Assembly: GCA_964016885.1 (NCBI GenBank)
Contig: OZ024742.1
Span: forward strand, 124,248,001-124,312,000
Source: Eledone cirrhosa
Taxonomy: Eukaryota
Length of the DNA: 64,000 bases
Direction: 5' to 3'
Position 1 is the stretch's first letter; each line of letters begins with the position of its first letter. The notes below the pieces were generated by a model. That model worked only from the letters and a program-made list of their open reading frames with translations, had not been told where the DNA came from and did not search any database. The position numbers and the translations under genes were made by a program. Shown piece by piece: positions 29,794 through 42,331 of this stretch.

Positions 29794-31443
29794 CGATAAA
29801 ATTTAAGACAAATCATTTTATTCCTTAACGAAGGTGCTCAATCATTGATTATTTCTTCGTGATGAGAATTCTTGTGATTTCAATGTTCGTGTTTTCCGGT
29901 TAGGCTGATGGTTGTGGGAGATTTATATTTAATATTATTATATGATTATAATGGTAAAATTGACACAGCCATACACAATTCTAATTGTATCTAGAATTAT
30001 CAATATTTCCCAATACCTCTGTCATATTTTAAGTGCTTAGTTTGTTACTTATGAAATCGATAGTTCTAATCAATAGTGACACAATTATTATCAATTTATT
30101 TTAACACCTCATATATTGAATTGTATTTTTTTATTAATTTCTGTGGTGTGTTTCTGTTGTTTTTCCATCGTTATTGAAACTAAGTGCTTAAAGTATACAT
30201 TGTAGCATCATTTCTGGTAACTTCTTTTCAGTTCGTCCTTGCCTGATGAAAATGTCATTTATTATTAAACATTAAATAGGAATTTAAATACAAGCCTGCA
30301 GCAATTACTTGATTGTGGGATCCTAATTTAATTTCTACGCCTAATTGCAAAGCATATTCTGTTCATATCTTTTTAACTAATTTTCATACAATAAAAGGTT
30401 TTTACTTTCTTCTTTTTTTTCTTATGCTTCATTATCTCTAACAGGAAAATCTCTCATATCAATAGAATTTCTCCTTTACTTTGCCGATGCTTACACTGCT
30501 GATATTAATTATTAGGAAATCCAAACGACTGCATTTATTTTAAGGTAGTCTTTCAGGTATAATGTAGTGGAATCGATTAATTTTCTGAATCCTTTCGATA
30601 GTTTATACTCTGTTAATGAGTCTCATACAATCTTGATAAGTTCTTTGCTATTTTACCTAGTTAGCAAAGCAACAGAACATTCATCATAATATTTCTATTG
30701 CAAAATGAACTGAAATTTTATTAACTGAAAGTCACACTAAAGCGAGTTTATAATTCTATACATGATTTGCATGAATAGTAATTTTATTACAAATACAATA
30801 CTTGGACTACATTGGTTTACTGTAATTTCACAATACTTTTTGTTAATCAATAGGTTAATGGAAATACATTCCTTTCTAAGCTACTATAAAATTAATTTTG
30901 TCAAATATCAGTAATAATATTGAATCAGATGTACAAAATAAATTATAATACATTTCCGAATCACAAGATATTAGTTTACTATTATGTGGCTGGAAGTGGG
31001 AGGTGAACTGGCATATATTATGCAATTTCCAAACGATGGACAAAACATTCAAATGATGCTTTATTGCAGCTTGAGGTTAAGCTCCAGGACATGACTATAT
31101 TCAAGAGATTACGCAAAAGCGTTTCATTTCTGACTATATTGTCTTTTTGTATATGAGGTCCTGGAGTTGACAGCAAGTGATGTTGAATTTTGCAATGTTC
31201 CTTTACATTCTGTATTCAATCGTCACTGTTGTCATATTTAACTTTCCTCTCTAGAGAAAACATTAGATATAAATACAAATCAGTTACCAGGGTTCGTGAA
31301 AACGATAGTCCCCTTTCGACAAAACAGATGAGTGTATGGTCATGATAGATATCATTTTTTAATGAAAGGTAAATTGATGGCGCCTCAACTCCATTTCAGA
31401 CTAGTAACATTGCCGTATTTGAATGTTTATCTATCATGGCGTT

Positions 31444-31800
31444 TCAATGAGCCGCAGAATGATTGGTGGTACTCATCTCCTCTCCAAGCATCAGGTCTCT
31501 GACATAGTTTAGCCTGCCAGCAGAAGCAGTTTCCGAGGTGCGACTGAAAACCTTTGCAAAGTCAATAGTGAGTGTTACGTCAGGTGAGAACAAAGGTACC
31601 CTTCTATCCCCAATGAGGCCGCTGCCAGACACCAACGTATTTTTTCTACCTGAAAACAATTCCTTGTGGGAAAACATTCTTCAGGGCTCAGTCGAGGCAG
31701 ACAAACGAATAACTGGTTCAACATGAAAGTCTGCACTAGTCACAACACTGAGACCCTTTTACGCTTAATGGAGAATATAGACCAGTGACGGCTGACTACA
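31444..31800 (-). pseudogene. Possible old LINE RT remnant
   Basis: IDFAKVF resembles the RT motif DFAKAFD; GC-elevated island; otherwise degenerate. Confidence 0.3.
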
Positions 31801-32087
31801 TAAGCGTCTAGAGTGACACCGCGACAACTGGCTGCACCAGGTTCGGAAACATGATTGGTGATAATGAATATAGCCATATACAAATGTTTGAAGGGCCGTG
31901 GTTACTCAGTATCATGATTTGGTCCAGTGGCAATTTCTCATATATATAGTATCAATTATGATAACACATGCACAATAACGTTACAATCTATTTCCGTCCG
32001 ATACAATCATGCTTTGCGTGCATGCATGCTCTGGTAGCTCATGTTGGAGGCGTTGGAGCACCGTATTGAAAAAAAAAGATATAGAGG

Positions 32088-32246
32088 AAGAATCGACCCA
32101 GTACTTGACTGGTATATTTTATTCGACCTCGAAACGATGACATGCAAAATTGAGCTCGGGGTGATTTGATTTCACAGAGCAGAGAGCCGAAACAAATACC
32201 ACAGAACATTCTATCTGATATTCTAACGACTGCCAATTCGTCACCT
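32088..32246 (-). mobile_element. Old SINE copy
   Basis: gacccagtacttgactggtatattttattcgacc...ctaacgactgccaattcgtcacc is the reverse complement of the SINE pattern. Confidence 0.6.
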
Positions 32247-32991
32247 AATGTCAGATTTTACATGTCAGCAAATGAAATTGTATGTAATCACTCGAGAATG
32301 ATTGAAATGTTCCCAACATTTCATAACAACTGCTTAATAAAGAATTATGTACTAGATGAATTTGAAAGTACGAATGTAACTAAGAGATACGTTTTGGTCT
32401 CTCACAAAGATTCCACTGCTATACTTAAACGGACATGAAGATCCGGTATTTATCACTAAATCATTAATTAATTTTCTACGCCAAAATAATAACATCGTAT
32501 CAGAGAGTTAGTCTCTCCTCGGGGGATCAATTTGAAATAGTAGCCAATTTTCCCTCACACTGTCTTATATGTTTGCGTATAGAGATTACTATCCCTAATA
32601 TTCAAGAAGTTGATATAATCAGTGATGGAATGCATCTGAGAAAATGTATACACGATCGGTGATGACATGTGGTTAGACATGAAACAGCAGTAAAGAATTG
32701 TTCAATGTGGTGTCTGCTTTTCGATCACACATCTTATCACTGAACATCACTTTTGAGGATGCTCTTGTTGTTTTCTCCCAGGCTAACTCTAATCAGGTTT
32801 AGGAATAAAGGCTCTCACCTGTAACAATTTCATTCTCTGTTTATATATTGTTTTATCAAACTAAATGAACCTCCTCTGACTGTGATTTGACTGCAAACTG
32901 CTATAAATACGGGAACAATAGACTGTATAGAAGTAAATTCGCTGATTTGTGCCAGCATTGTACGAGAAAAGGAAAGTATGTAAGTATGGAC

Positions 32992-33090
32992 CTGTATCTT
33001 CTGATGGAGTGGAGTCGTAGGCGCGCCATAATGACATACGGCGTTTTGGGGGCATTTTAAAACCTGGCGAAGCTCATCTTCTCTCAAGTT
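32992..33090 (-). CDS. Candidate host exon (NLREDELRQVLKCPQNAVCHYGAPTTPLHQKIQ), unknown product
   Basis: Non-repetitive, GC-elevated, AG/GT-bounded 99-nt open frame; weak splice sites; no recognisable homology. Confidence 0.2.
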
Positions 33091-33816
33091 CTGTTCTAGG
33101 CAGTTTATTCCATGGAAAGAAAGAGAGTAGGATAATGGAATTAAAAAAGAGATATAGTGGAGCATTTGCCCCCAGTAGTAGACTAGTACATTTGTATAGA
33201 GGAATGACTATGTTGACCTGAACCAGATCTGAACACCGAGAGTAGAGGACAAGAATGAATACTGAAAATCATGTTATCTGACGCATCATAAGAGAAATAA
33301 AATTATTTTAATTTCGCTATTAAATATGACCACTTATATGAGGTTAACGCGTTGAGGACATTGGTAAACCAAACACCATTTCGAAAATAATATATTACCA
33401 CAGTTCTTATAACCATCCACGCTTTCTAATAATAGCGAGTAGTACACTAACTGAAAACAAAGTCTCTGAACGTCAAAATGGGTCAGCCACATATTGATGG
33501 AGACAATATCACTTGGGCATTTACGTATTTATTTGTATGTACATTATCTAACTTGTTTGGTTGAAATATCTTATTAACATTAAAACAATTTACGCCGGCA
33601 ATATATTAATTCTGTCATTACATTGGAAACACACGAAGCATCCTGGAAATATTACATTTTCTAAATTAACATATGTTGATTCGAAGTTATTTCTTTATAC
33701 TTATTAATCGAAGATATAAACTGTCCATAGAATAGCTGATTATCGGATAAATTTCAGAATATTTACGTATCATCCGTTATATTGGAAACTGTATTCATTA
33801 TTATATATCAAACACG

Positions 33817-34730
33817 GGCCGGTGGATTGGCAGTATCGGTAGAGGGTCGAACATCCTGCTTTGGAGCATAGAGTAACGGCCCTTTATGATCTGAGTTCAA
33901 TTCCCGCCGAGGTTAACTTTGCCTTTCATCCTAACGGGGTCGATAAAATAAAGTACCTAGTGACGCACTGGGGTCGATTTAATAGACTTTCCCCTCTCCC
34001 TAAAATCGCTGGCCTGGTGCATATATAGAAACCAGTATTAATATATCAAACAAGGGCGGAACATTGGCAGTATAGGTAGAGCATCGGACAAGATACTTCT
34101 TGGAATAGAGTAACATTCCTTTTCGTTCTAAGTCCCTATCGCTGTGAGGTATAGTTTTGCCTTTCGCCCTCACGGAGTCAATAGAATATGGTACCAGTAA
34201 TGCACTGGGATAGACTTTATCGACTAACCCCTTCCCCCATATCACTGCCTACATCGGAAACAACCATTATTATATATCAAACTATGGGCGCTTGTTTGGC
34301 AGTATCGTTAGAGCAGCCAACAAGGTGCTTCGCGTCAAAGAGTTAACTCTTTTCACGCTATTCCAAATCCCACCAAGGTTAGCTTTTGCCTGTCATCATT
34401 GCGGGGTCGATAACATAGAACATCAGAAATGCACTGGTGCCGATTTAATTGAAATTTCCATCCGCCAACATTGTTAGCCTTGTGCCAAAATCAGAAACTA
34501 TTACTGTATATCAAACGAGGTTAGCGTAGACGTGACGATACAGCGTCCAACACAAGCTTCTGCAGTATTAAGTGATATCTTGCTATGTTCTGAGTTCGCA
34601 TGAAGGAGATCTTTGACATTTATCCTTCCTGGTTCGATAAAATAAAGTAACATTTTCCGTATAAATTCGATAAATCGATTTTTCTGTTACCGATATTTCT
34701 TGGGTTGTGCCGACATTAGAAAGAATTATT
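33817..34730 (+). mobile_element. Tandem array of four SINE units, ~232-bp period
   Basis: Unit starts near 33817, 34054, 34286 and 34518, each preceded by (t)atatcaa(a)c. Confidence 0.8.
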
Positions 34731-36313
34731 CTTTGACAAATCTACATGGATATTGAAAGTCTCTTTTTCAAAGGTAATTTAAAGAGAACAGGCGTATGAA
34801 CATTATAGACACTCTTAGTATTTTTAAAGTACTTACTAATAATAGACATTGACATAACAGCTGAAACACATTTACGTAATCGTCGATTTACTAGAATTGG
34901 GAGCGCTGAATCCCTCAAATCACACCTTAAGCTACTCTTTATAGTTTTATATGACATGGATCTGTAGATAAAATAGCCATTGAAACGCATTGAATGATAT
35001 GGGCGCATGTTATGATAGCTGGTTGGCTTTGATAAAAATTCAGCTCAGGTAACAGTAAAAACCACACTTTCATTGTTAATATCGTAGTTACAAAATACTA
35101 ATCTGTAGAAATAGAAAGACATTTTTAGAATGTCAAGCATAGTTGACTGTCCGCAAAACAAGACATAAACTAGTTCTACATTAGTAGTACACCATTATAT
35201 TCTATGTGCATTCCACTATGTTATGGACGATAATTTCTCTTGCGAACTTACAAGCCATAACCCAACTGGATTTCCATCTAAATAACGCTGCGACTGCAGT
35301 TAACAGAAGTTTATTTCGTTAAACAGTAAACTACATATAAGGTAGGTTACACCAATAATTAACTCAAATGTATTAACATTATAGAATGCATGTATAATGC
35401 ATGAACATAGAAAGATTTACATATAAACTATCCATTTACGTAAATTCAAATAATTACAGAATATCTTTCCCTGTTCAATTATAATTCCTTTCGTAATGTA
35501 ACTTCAATATATACCAAACATAACTAATGTCATTCATTAAAATTAATTCTAGTTTAAATCCAGTTCGATTATTCTACACAGGTGACGCATAACACAATCT
35601 ATGATGTACATGGCGTATGAGACACCGTTGTGCTATCACCACCCACTTCCATATTCTTTGGAATGATAACTAAATAAAAGTATATACCTAAAGAATTTTC
35701 CCGGAGAGAATGTTGATGTCTATCTTTTCAATGAATTTTATATCCTGAAGCAAATATTTCAATCACCCTGCATATTGAGAATCTTGCATTCCTCTTTAGA
35801 GTGACAAACAAATTTCAGATGTCAAAATGTGTTAGGCGTTTCTGCAGCTTATCTAACAATCCCAAGGAAATACTGACAAGTAGGAGGTGGCACAATTTCA
35901 ACACACATCCAAATGATAGACCATATCTTTAAACGAATACCCTACACACTAGCCCAACTCGACTTCTGCTACACAGACGTGCCGATCCTTCACTGCTTAT
36001 TTTCCAAGATTACTACCATGGCCTATGCCTCTTGTAACAAATAGGATTGTTCATCCCCACTTAATTTCATATGTCGCATTCATATCTCTACACTTTCTCA
36101 CATATCGCTCAATTCAGTCTGTAGTAAAACTACCCCCCCCCCCCCCCCACACACACACACAAAAGAAACACTCCCTATATCTACACGTTGCCTCTGAATT
36201 TGTTACCCATCTTTGCCCTCCCTACATCAGAATCAATGCTAAATTCAAAGACAATCTATTTTCTTAGGAAAGTGCATTGAATGCATAACAAACAGCCAAG
36301 ATTTAATTCAAAC

Positions 36314-36469
36314 CTGCGCTCTGCTGTCTGTAATGCAGGGGAGAGGAAGATTGCTAAATACCGGTGCCTGACCAACTGCTTCCTCTTTGTACCGGTCACC
36401 GTCGAGACATATGTTCTCATTGCTCTCCGCGCTGCTTCTTTCCTCCGTTAGGTAGGGTGGCTGTTGCAT
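36314..36469 (-). CDS. Candidate first coding exon (MQQPPYLTEERSS...DSRAQ), unknown product
   Basis: GC-rich unique island, ATG at 36469, 52 codons ending at a CAG|GTTTGA donor; no recognisable homology. Confidence 0.3.
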
Positions 36470-39142
36470 CGGGTGTCTCTGACCATTCACCACGGTAATT
36501 CTTTTTCTGTTTTAGTCCGCTGAGCTCAGATGAAACATTGTTCGGACTGGTGTGTGATGTCTGTCGCCCCTTTCTCTTTCTTTCGTTGCTTGTTCCCTTT
36601 AATAGTTTGTCTTGCTTTGGTATAAACAACTTTTTAAATTTGTATTATTATTTGAGAAAGAAGAACATTTTATTTATATAATAGTCGAGGTTAATCACGT
36701 TTTGATTTATTACTACTTGTATGCTCATGAAATAATTAGATGGAACTAAAGTGTTATGCCTTACTAACATTCTACGGACATTTAAATTGATTAAATACAT
36801 ATACAAATGAATGAATAAATAAATAGATGAATAAATGTTTTTGATATGCTGAGAAACAGTTTAAATGTAAGCATCTATTATACAATTTGATAGGTTTAAT
36901 TTTTAGTGTTTTCGGTATATAATGTTTTAAAGAATATTGAGAAACACATTTTCTAAGTTGTTTTATTTGCATTATATCTAACAGGAATTGTGACCCGTAG
37001 AGAGTTAGCAATTGGATAGACTAACGGAAACATTGTTTCCTTGGTCGTATCTCACTATTTACACCTCAATCGATAAGCTAATGAGGCGTGGGATCTTGTC
37101 GATTCGGATCAATATTTGTATTGTTCTAATACGCCATTGTACGCTCCAATAAAATTAGATAAAATCATAAAGCATTTAATATATTTTCCTATTAGATTTG
37201 GAAGAGAGATTATACACTTGTAACAGATTATACGGTACATTTATAGTAAAGGTACATTGATATCAGCTTAAATGAGCATCTTGGATTTAATAATGTCATT
37301 TTAGAAATTAGTCACTCATAACACATGATTGTATAAGTAATCTAACAATAATTGCATGTCATTAGAATTAGGTAAATTTGTTGTATTGTTTTATATGAAA
37401 GCTTGTATACTTTTATATTATAGAAGTGTAGTTGTATATGCACGAAAACAAGTTAATAGACTTACCGCTGTAAATACAACACAGATTTAGGACTTATATA
37501 TATTATAATTATACAAATGTGTCATTGATAAAAGTACTTTATGGTTAGTCTGGAATACTATTTATAGAAACACGTCACTTTAGATATTACCTAGCTTTAA
37601 ATATACAGTATGTATTTAAAGTGACATATTCCTGCATGATAAAGTCAGAATTCAATAGATCGTGTTTGTACAAGCAAATCTGAAATAAGCTGCTTGAATG
37701 GCTGAGGAAGCACAAGAGGCGTCATAATGAGTATGTGTCTTATCGATACTAGGAATATTCAAATACAGTGATAAATGTTATCAGTTTCACCATATTCTTT
37801 ATATACAAGTAGTCTTGCTTTGATTACTGATCAATTCTAAGTCCTTCACTATTGGCAGTTCTAGTGGCGTACACTAAGAAAAGATAAATTAAACAATATA
37901 GACATCCGTGCATAAATATTTACTGGATTACGACACTTTAAAGAATTGCAAAATATTTACAATTTTAATATTGTAATGCATGCAGCTGTAATATACAATC
38001 TGACATAAAATAGATACAATTTTGAGAAAATAAAACGATATGGAATTCCAAATATAAGAAATATATTACTGAAATTAACAAATGTATTTTATAATATTAT
38101 CAGGAAAATAACACTGAGTTAATACCGAATAAACTTTAAACCAAGTTATGAATTTCGAATATGCTTGCAAGAAAACGTGTATGTCAAAGACAAATGAATA
38201 TTTGTTCAACAAAATTGATGTCCCATAATAATACTGCATAAACATTCAACGATATTCAAATAATTGTTGCCTGCGTTAAACATTACCGTTTTATATACGT
38301 ACAGATGTTTCCATTTCAACAGCAATATGTAATGTGATAATGACTGGAAATGTATGAATTAAACTTCAGGATAACTTTATTATGTTAAATGCTTCTCGTT
38401 ACTTAAATAGACAATTCTTTACAATTGAAGAAATCATAAATTGACGGTTTTGATGTCCATGGTATTTTCGTCCGGAATAAAATATTTTACTTCCAAATAG
38501 ACATAAAGTCTCTATTGCCTTCTTACTTGTATGGTTGTCTCTCTATTGCAACTCTCTCCTATCAGAATGATATATTATTTCATTCCATTTTGTTTTGTAG
38601 AGAATCTATTAACAATTGTGTTTACAAAAACATATGATTAATCTAACACTTGCGTCAATAGAAAACGTTATATATCAATTTAAGTTTAAATGCATGCTTC
38701 ATATATAATCAAAACAAATAATATTTAAAAACTATGAACATACTTCAAATTTATAAATTGGAGATAATTGACAAATTTAGTCGCTATGATAGAACAAAAG
38801 TAGATCCACATAAAATACAGATACTTATAATTCCTGTAATTAGAATTTGAGATAATACCAGGGTTGTGTACTCACAAAAGAAAGGAACAATCAACACACT
38901 ATGCAAGTTGAGATTATTTTATACATTAACACCCAGCAGCGTGGGCGTAAATGTACACATTTCCTTCAATAGGTTTTTAAATATTAAAAAGTATCTCTAA
39001 AAAAATGTCAACGTTTCACTCAAACGAAGCCGTTTGATTAAACATAAGTGAATCTCGTAATAAAATATTCTCAACTCTTCCATTATGTGTTATTTACACT
39101 TCTCTTTAGATTCTTTAGTACCCATTTATATGTATATATATA

Positions 39143-39209
<67 letters not shown>

Positions 39210-39259
39210 CTTAAAATGCAGTGGGAATACGAAGAAAGCAAGAACGTGGCGGGGTTTCC

Positions 39260-39324
39260 TCATCAGTTGTCTGCTGGGAGTCTCGGATATTTCTACGCTT
39301 TAAAGACAAAATATTTCACCCCAG
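39260..39324 (-). ncRNA. Rearranged hammerhead-like RNA, family X left arm
   Basis: CUGGGG-UG-AAAUA-U-U^UUGUCUU-UAAAGCGUA-GAAA-UAUCC-GAGAC-UCCCAG-CAGACAA-CUGAUGA. Confidence 0.7.
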
Positions 39325-39724
39325 GGCGTCAATAACTGGATAAGTTATTGGGGAAACGGAGGAGGGATGGAAGGAAAGCAAAAGTGAAGAAAAGAGAAAA
39401 CAGTAAAAAAACAGCGAGCAGAAAAAACAAATAAACCGAGCAATCTGCGAGCAACTTAAGGTAAGCAAATCGAAGACAACTCGATAATAGGACTTACCTT
39501 CAAGATTTAGTGGTCGAGAGAAAAAAGACACACGTCTGATCGCCGCAGGTTTAAGTGAGAAGAGAACTGGGTCTTGGATTTCCTTACCTTAAGTTGCTCG
39601 CACATTGTTCGGTCTGTTGTTTCTTTTCGCTGTTTTTTTTACTATTTTCTCTTTTATTCCCTTTTGCTTTCCTTCCCTCCCTCCCTCCTCCGTTTTCCAA
39701 ATAACCTATCCAGTTATTGACGCC

Positions 39725-39788
39725 CTGGAGTGAGAAATATTGTCTTTAAAGCGTAGAAATATCCGAGACCCCAGCAGACAACTGATGA
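39725..39788 (+). ncRNA. Rearranged hammerhead-like RNA, family X right arm
   Basis: CUGGAG-UG-AGAAA-U-A^UUGUCUU-UAAAGCGUA-GAAA-UAUCC-GAGAC-CCCAG-CAGACAA-CUGAUGA. Confidence 0.7.
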
Positions 39789-39868
39789 GCCCCCCCCCCC
39801 CCCTGCGTCCTTGTTTCCTTCGCATTCCCACTGCATTGTTGCTTAAATACCAACTACACAGCCATTTC

Positions 39869-40100
<232 letters not shown>

Positions 40101-40321
40101 ATATATATATATGTGCGTGTGTGTGTGTGTGTGTGTAATGTTTAGTATGGAACTGGCTTCTACATGACTAGAACTGTTCATTCTAAGGAAATCAACAGGA
40201 AAGCCAATTTCTATATTAAACATTATATACTTTACTATGTACTGAGTAACTTACTGCGCTTATCCCCGATTGAACCTGGGATACACACACACACATACAC
40301 ACACTCACATACACACACACA

Positions 40322-40373
<52 letters not shown>

Positions 40374-40391
40374 TATATATCTGTCTATCTA

Positions 40392-40780
40392 TCTAAGGCA
40401 GGTAAAATTCCCGAGATCCATGGACGAGTTCTCTCCAGCGGTCTCTGTCCCTCATTATCGCTGCCATGTCCTGCGTCTCCAACAGACCAGTGTCTGTCCT
40501 TAGGGCATCAACATACGCTAGCCTTGGTCTTCCTCTTCTAGTGTGTCCATGTAGGGGCTCTCACATGAGTACTGAGTGCAATGTCAACTCTGGATGTCGG
40601 TGAGCATGTCCAGCTAACCTCAGTCTCCTCTGTGTCACTTTTGAGCTGACTTTTGGGATGCTCCCATAGAGCTCTGAGTTTTTCATCCTCAGTTTATACT
40701 GATTAATGTTCAGAGCCATGCTCAGCATTCTCGTGTAGCACCCATCCACCAACTGAATGAGTTTCTTGGTCAGTGTCCAA
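40392..40780 (-). mobile_element. 3' fragment of the 17551 RTE family
   Basis: Near-identical to 17551-17938 (MVDGCYTRML...RLAGHAHRHP). Confidence 0.92.
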
Positions 40781-40812
40781 ATATAGATAGATAGATAGAT
40801 AGATAGGAAAGT

Positions 40813-41455
40813 TTCTACTTATTTGTTACGAGGGCACAAAAGAAAGGGACAAATACAAGGGGGGCGCGGGGTTTACATAAAGGAACGTGTAAAAAGCAAA
40901 TAACAAATATAAAATTAACAATACAGTCCTCAATAGGGAGGATGCGTTTTGGGGTAACCCCCCGCCCCCCGAAACAGTGTGAAACCCTTTTCCTTAGGAG
41001 CACAGAGAGGGTGTGCTTCTTTGAACTTCCACCTTTCCACTACAGGCTGATAAAGAGAGAAGGCCCATTAAAACGGGCCATTCTCGCTACTTTCACCCAC
41101 CTTTCATAAAACTTGCTGGGGTAGAGCACCTCTCTCTCCATTCTGATCCTTCTCTTAAAATGGTATTTAAAGAAAAGGACCAGTTGTTGGCCGGAGAGAA
41201 AGGTGTCCGACCTCAGCCCTTTAAAACGTGTCCACCATACCACCTCTTTCCCCATGGCTATTACACAGAGGAATACCGCCTCTCCTTCATTTTTGAAGGG
41301 GTAAGGCGGCTTCATAGTTACAATGGACTCGGTGGTCAACCGGATTAGTCCCACCTGTGACAGCAGTCGTTCGACATAGCCCCACATATCTGCAACGCCC
41401 GAGCAGTGTACCAATGCGTGTGCAACTTTTTTCTTGCGCGCACGCATCTGGGACA
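40813..41455 (-). mobile_element. 3' end of a Tx1/L1-like LINE
   Basis: ORF 41040-41447 has HALVHC...W (RT zinc-binding tail) and W..R motifs, followed by a 3' UTR. Confidence 0.65.
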
Positions 41456-41622
41456 GATCTTTTTTCGAATTTAGCGAATATGAATAAACGAAGTTAATAT
41501 CAGGCTGTTCTCTTACACTTCTTGTTTTTAAATTACTTCAGAGTAAACAGACCCACCTGCGCACTTCGTTGAATGTTCTACACTGGATACTGAAGTGTCG
41601 GTAACAACCAACACATTGTCAA

Positions 41623-41675
<53 letters not shown>

Positions 41676-41677
<2 letters not shown>

Positions 41678-41866
41678 ACGAAGGAGGTGTGGTAAGGAAC
41701 CAAATGGACCATAACGCACCAGAGTACTCAATACTTAGGGTGGTAGAGTGGGAAATAGGAAAAAGTATGACCCCGACGGCAGAGCTCACGCCCTTTCGAC
41801 GGATAGTCCAGAAATAGCCTTCTAAACGGCTTGAGCTCTGCCGTCGGGGTCATACTTCTTCCTATA
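41676..41866. mobile_element. Short fold-back family C pLTR element
   Basis: Arms aagtatgaccccgacggcagagctca and tgagctctgccgtcggggtcatactt; tail homologous to 48722-48792; in (TA)n. Confidence 0.8.
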
Positions 41867-41882
41867 TATATATATATATATA

Positions 41883-42063
41883 TGAACATTTCGGTTCACT
41901 GACGGGTGAGTTACCGCCGTTTCAACAGCTAAATCCGAACGGTTGTTGAAACGGCCGGAGCTCATCCGTCGGAGTCCCGAATTTTTCATAATACCCACTC
42001 TACTACCCCAAGTATCGATTACTCTGTTGAGTAATGATCAAACTGGCGTTTACCGCCTCCATA

Positions 42064-42067
<4 letters not shown>
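41883..42067. mobile_element. Second short fold-back family C element, diverged and in opposite orientation
   Basis: gacgggtgag..gccgtttcaacagc / gttgttgaaacggc..ctcatccgtc arms plus the atacccactctactacc tail. Confidence 0.7.
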
Positions 42068-42095
<28 letters not shown>

Positions 42096-42331
42096 CGTGT
42101 GTCTGTATCTGTGTGTATATAGCGTGTGCATTGTAGGATATGTTTAAATCATTGAACGATATAATAAATAGGCAAAAGCTAAATAAAGGTATCAGTATCA
42201 AATATGAATGTTATGTGGTACTAATATTATAAATATTGGATTAGGTGACGTGAGATAAAAGAGGCAATGGCGATTAGGTGACTTACATTTCATTATTTTA
42301 TAATCTAGAGACAATCCGAACCAGAAATTAC

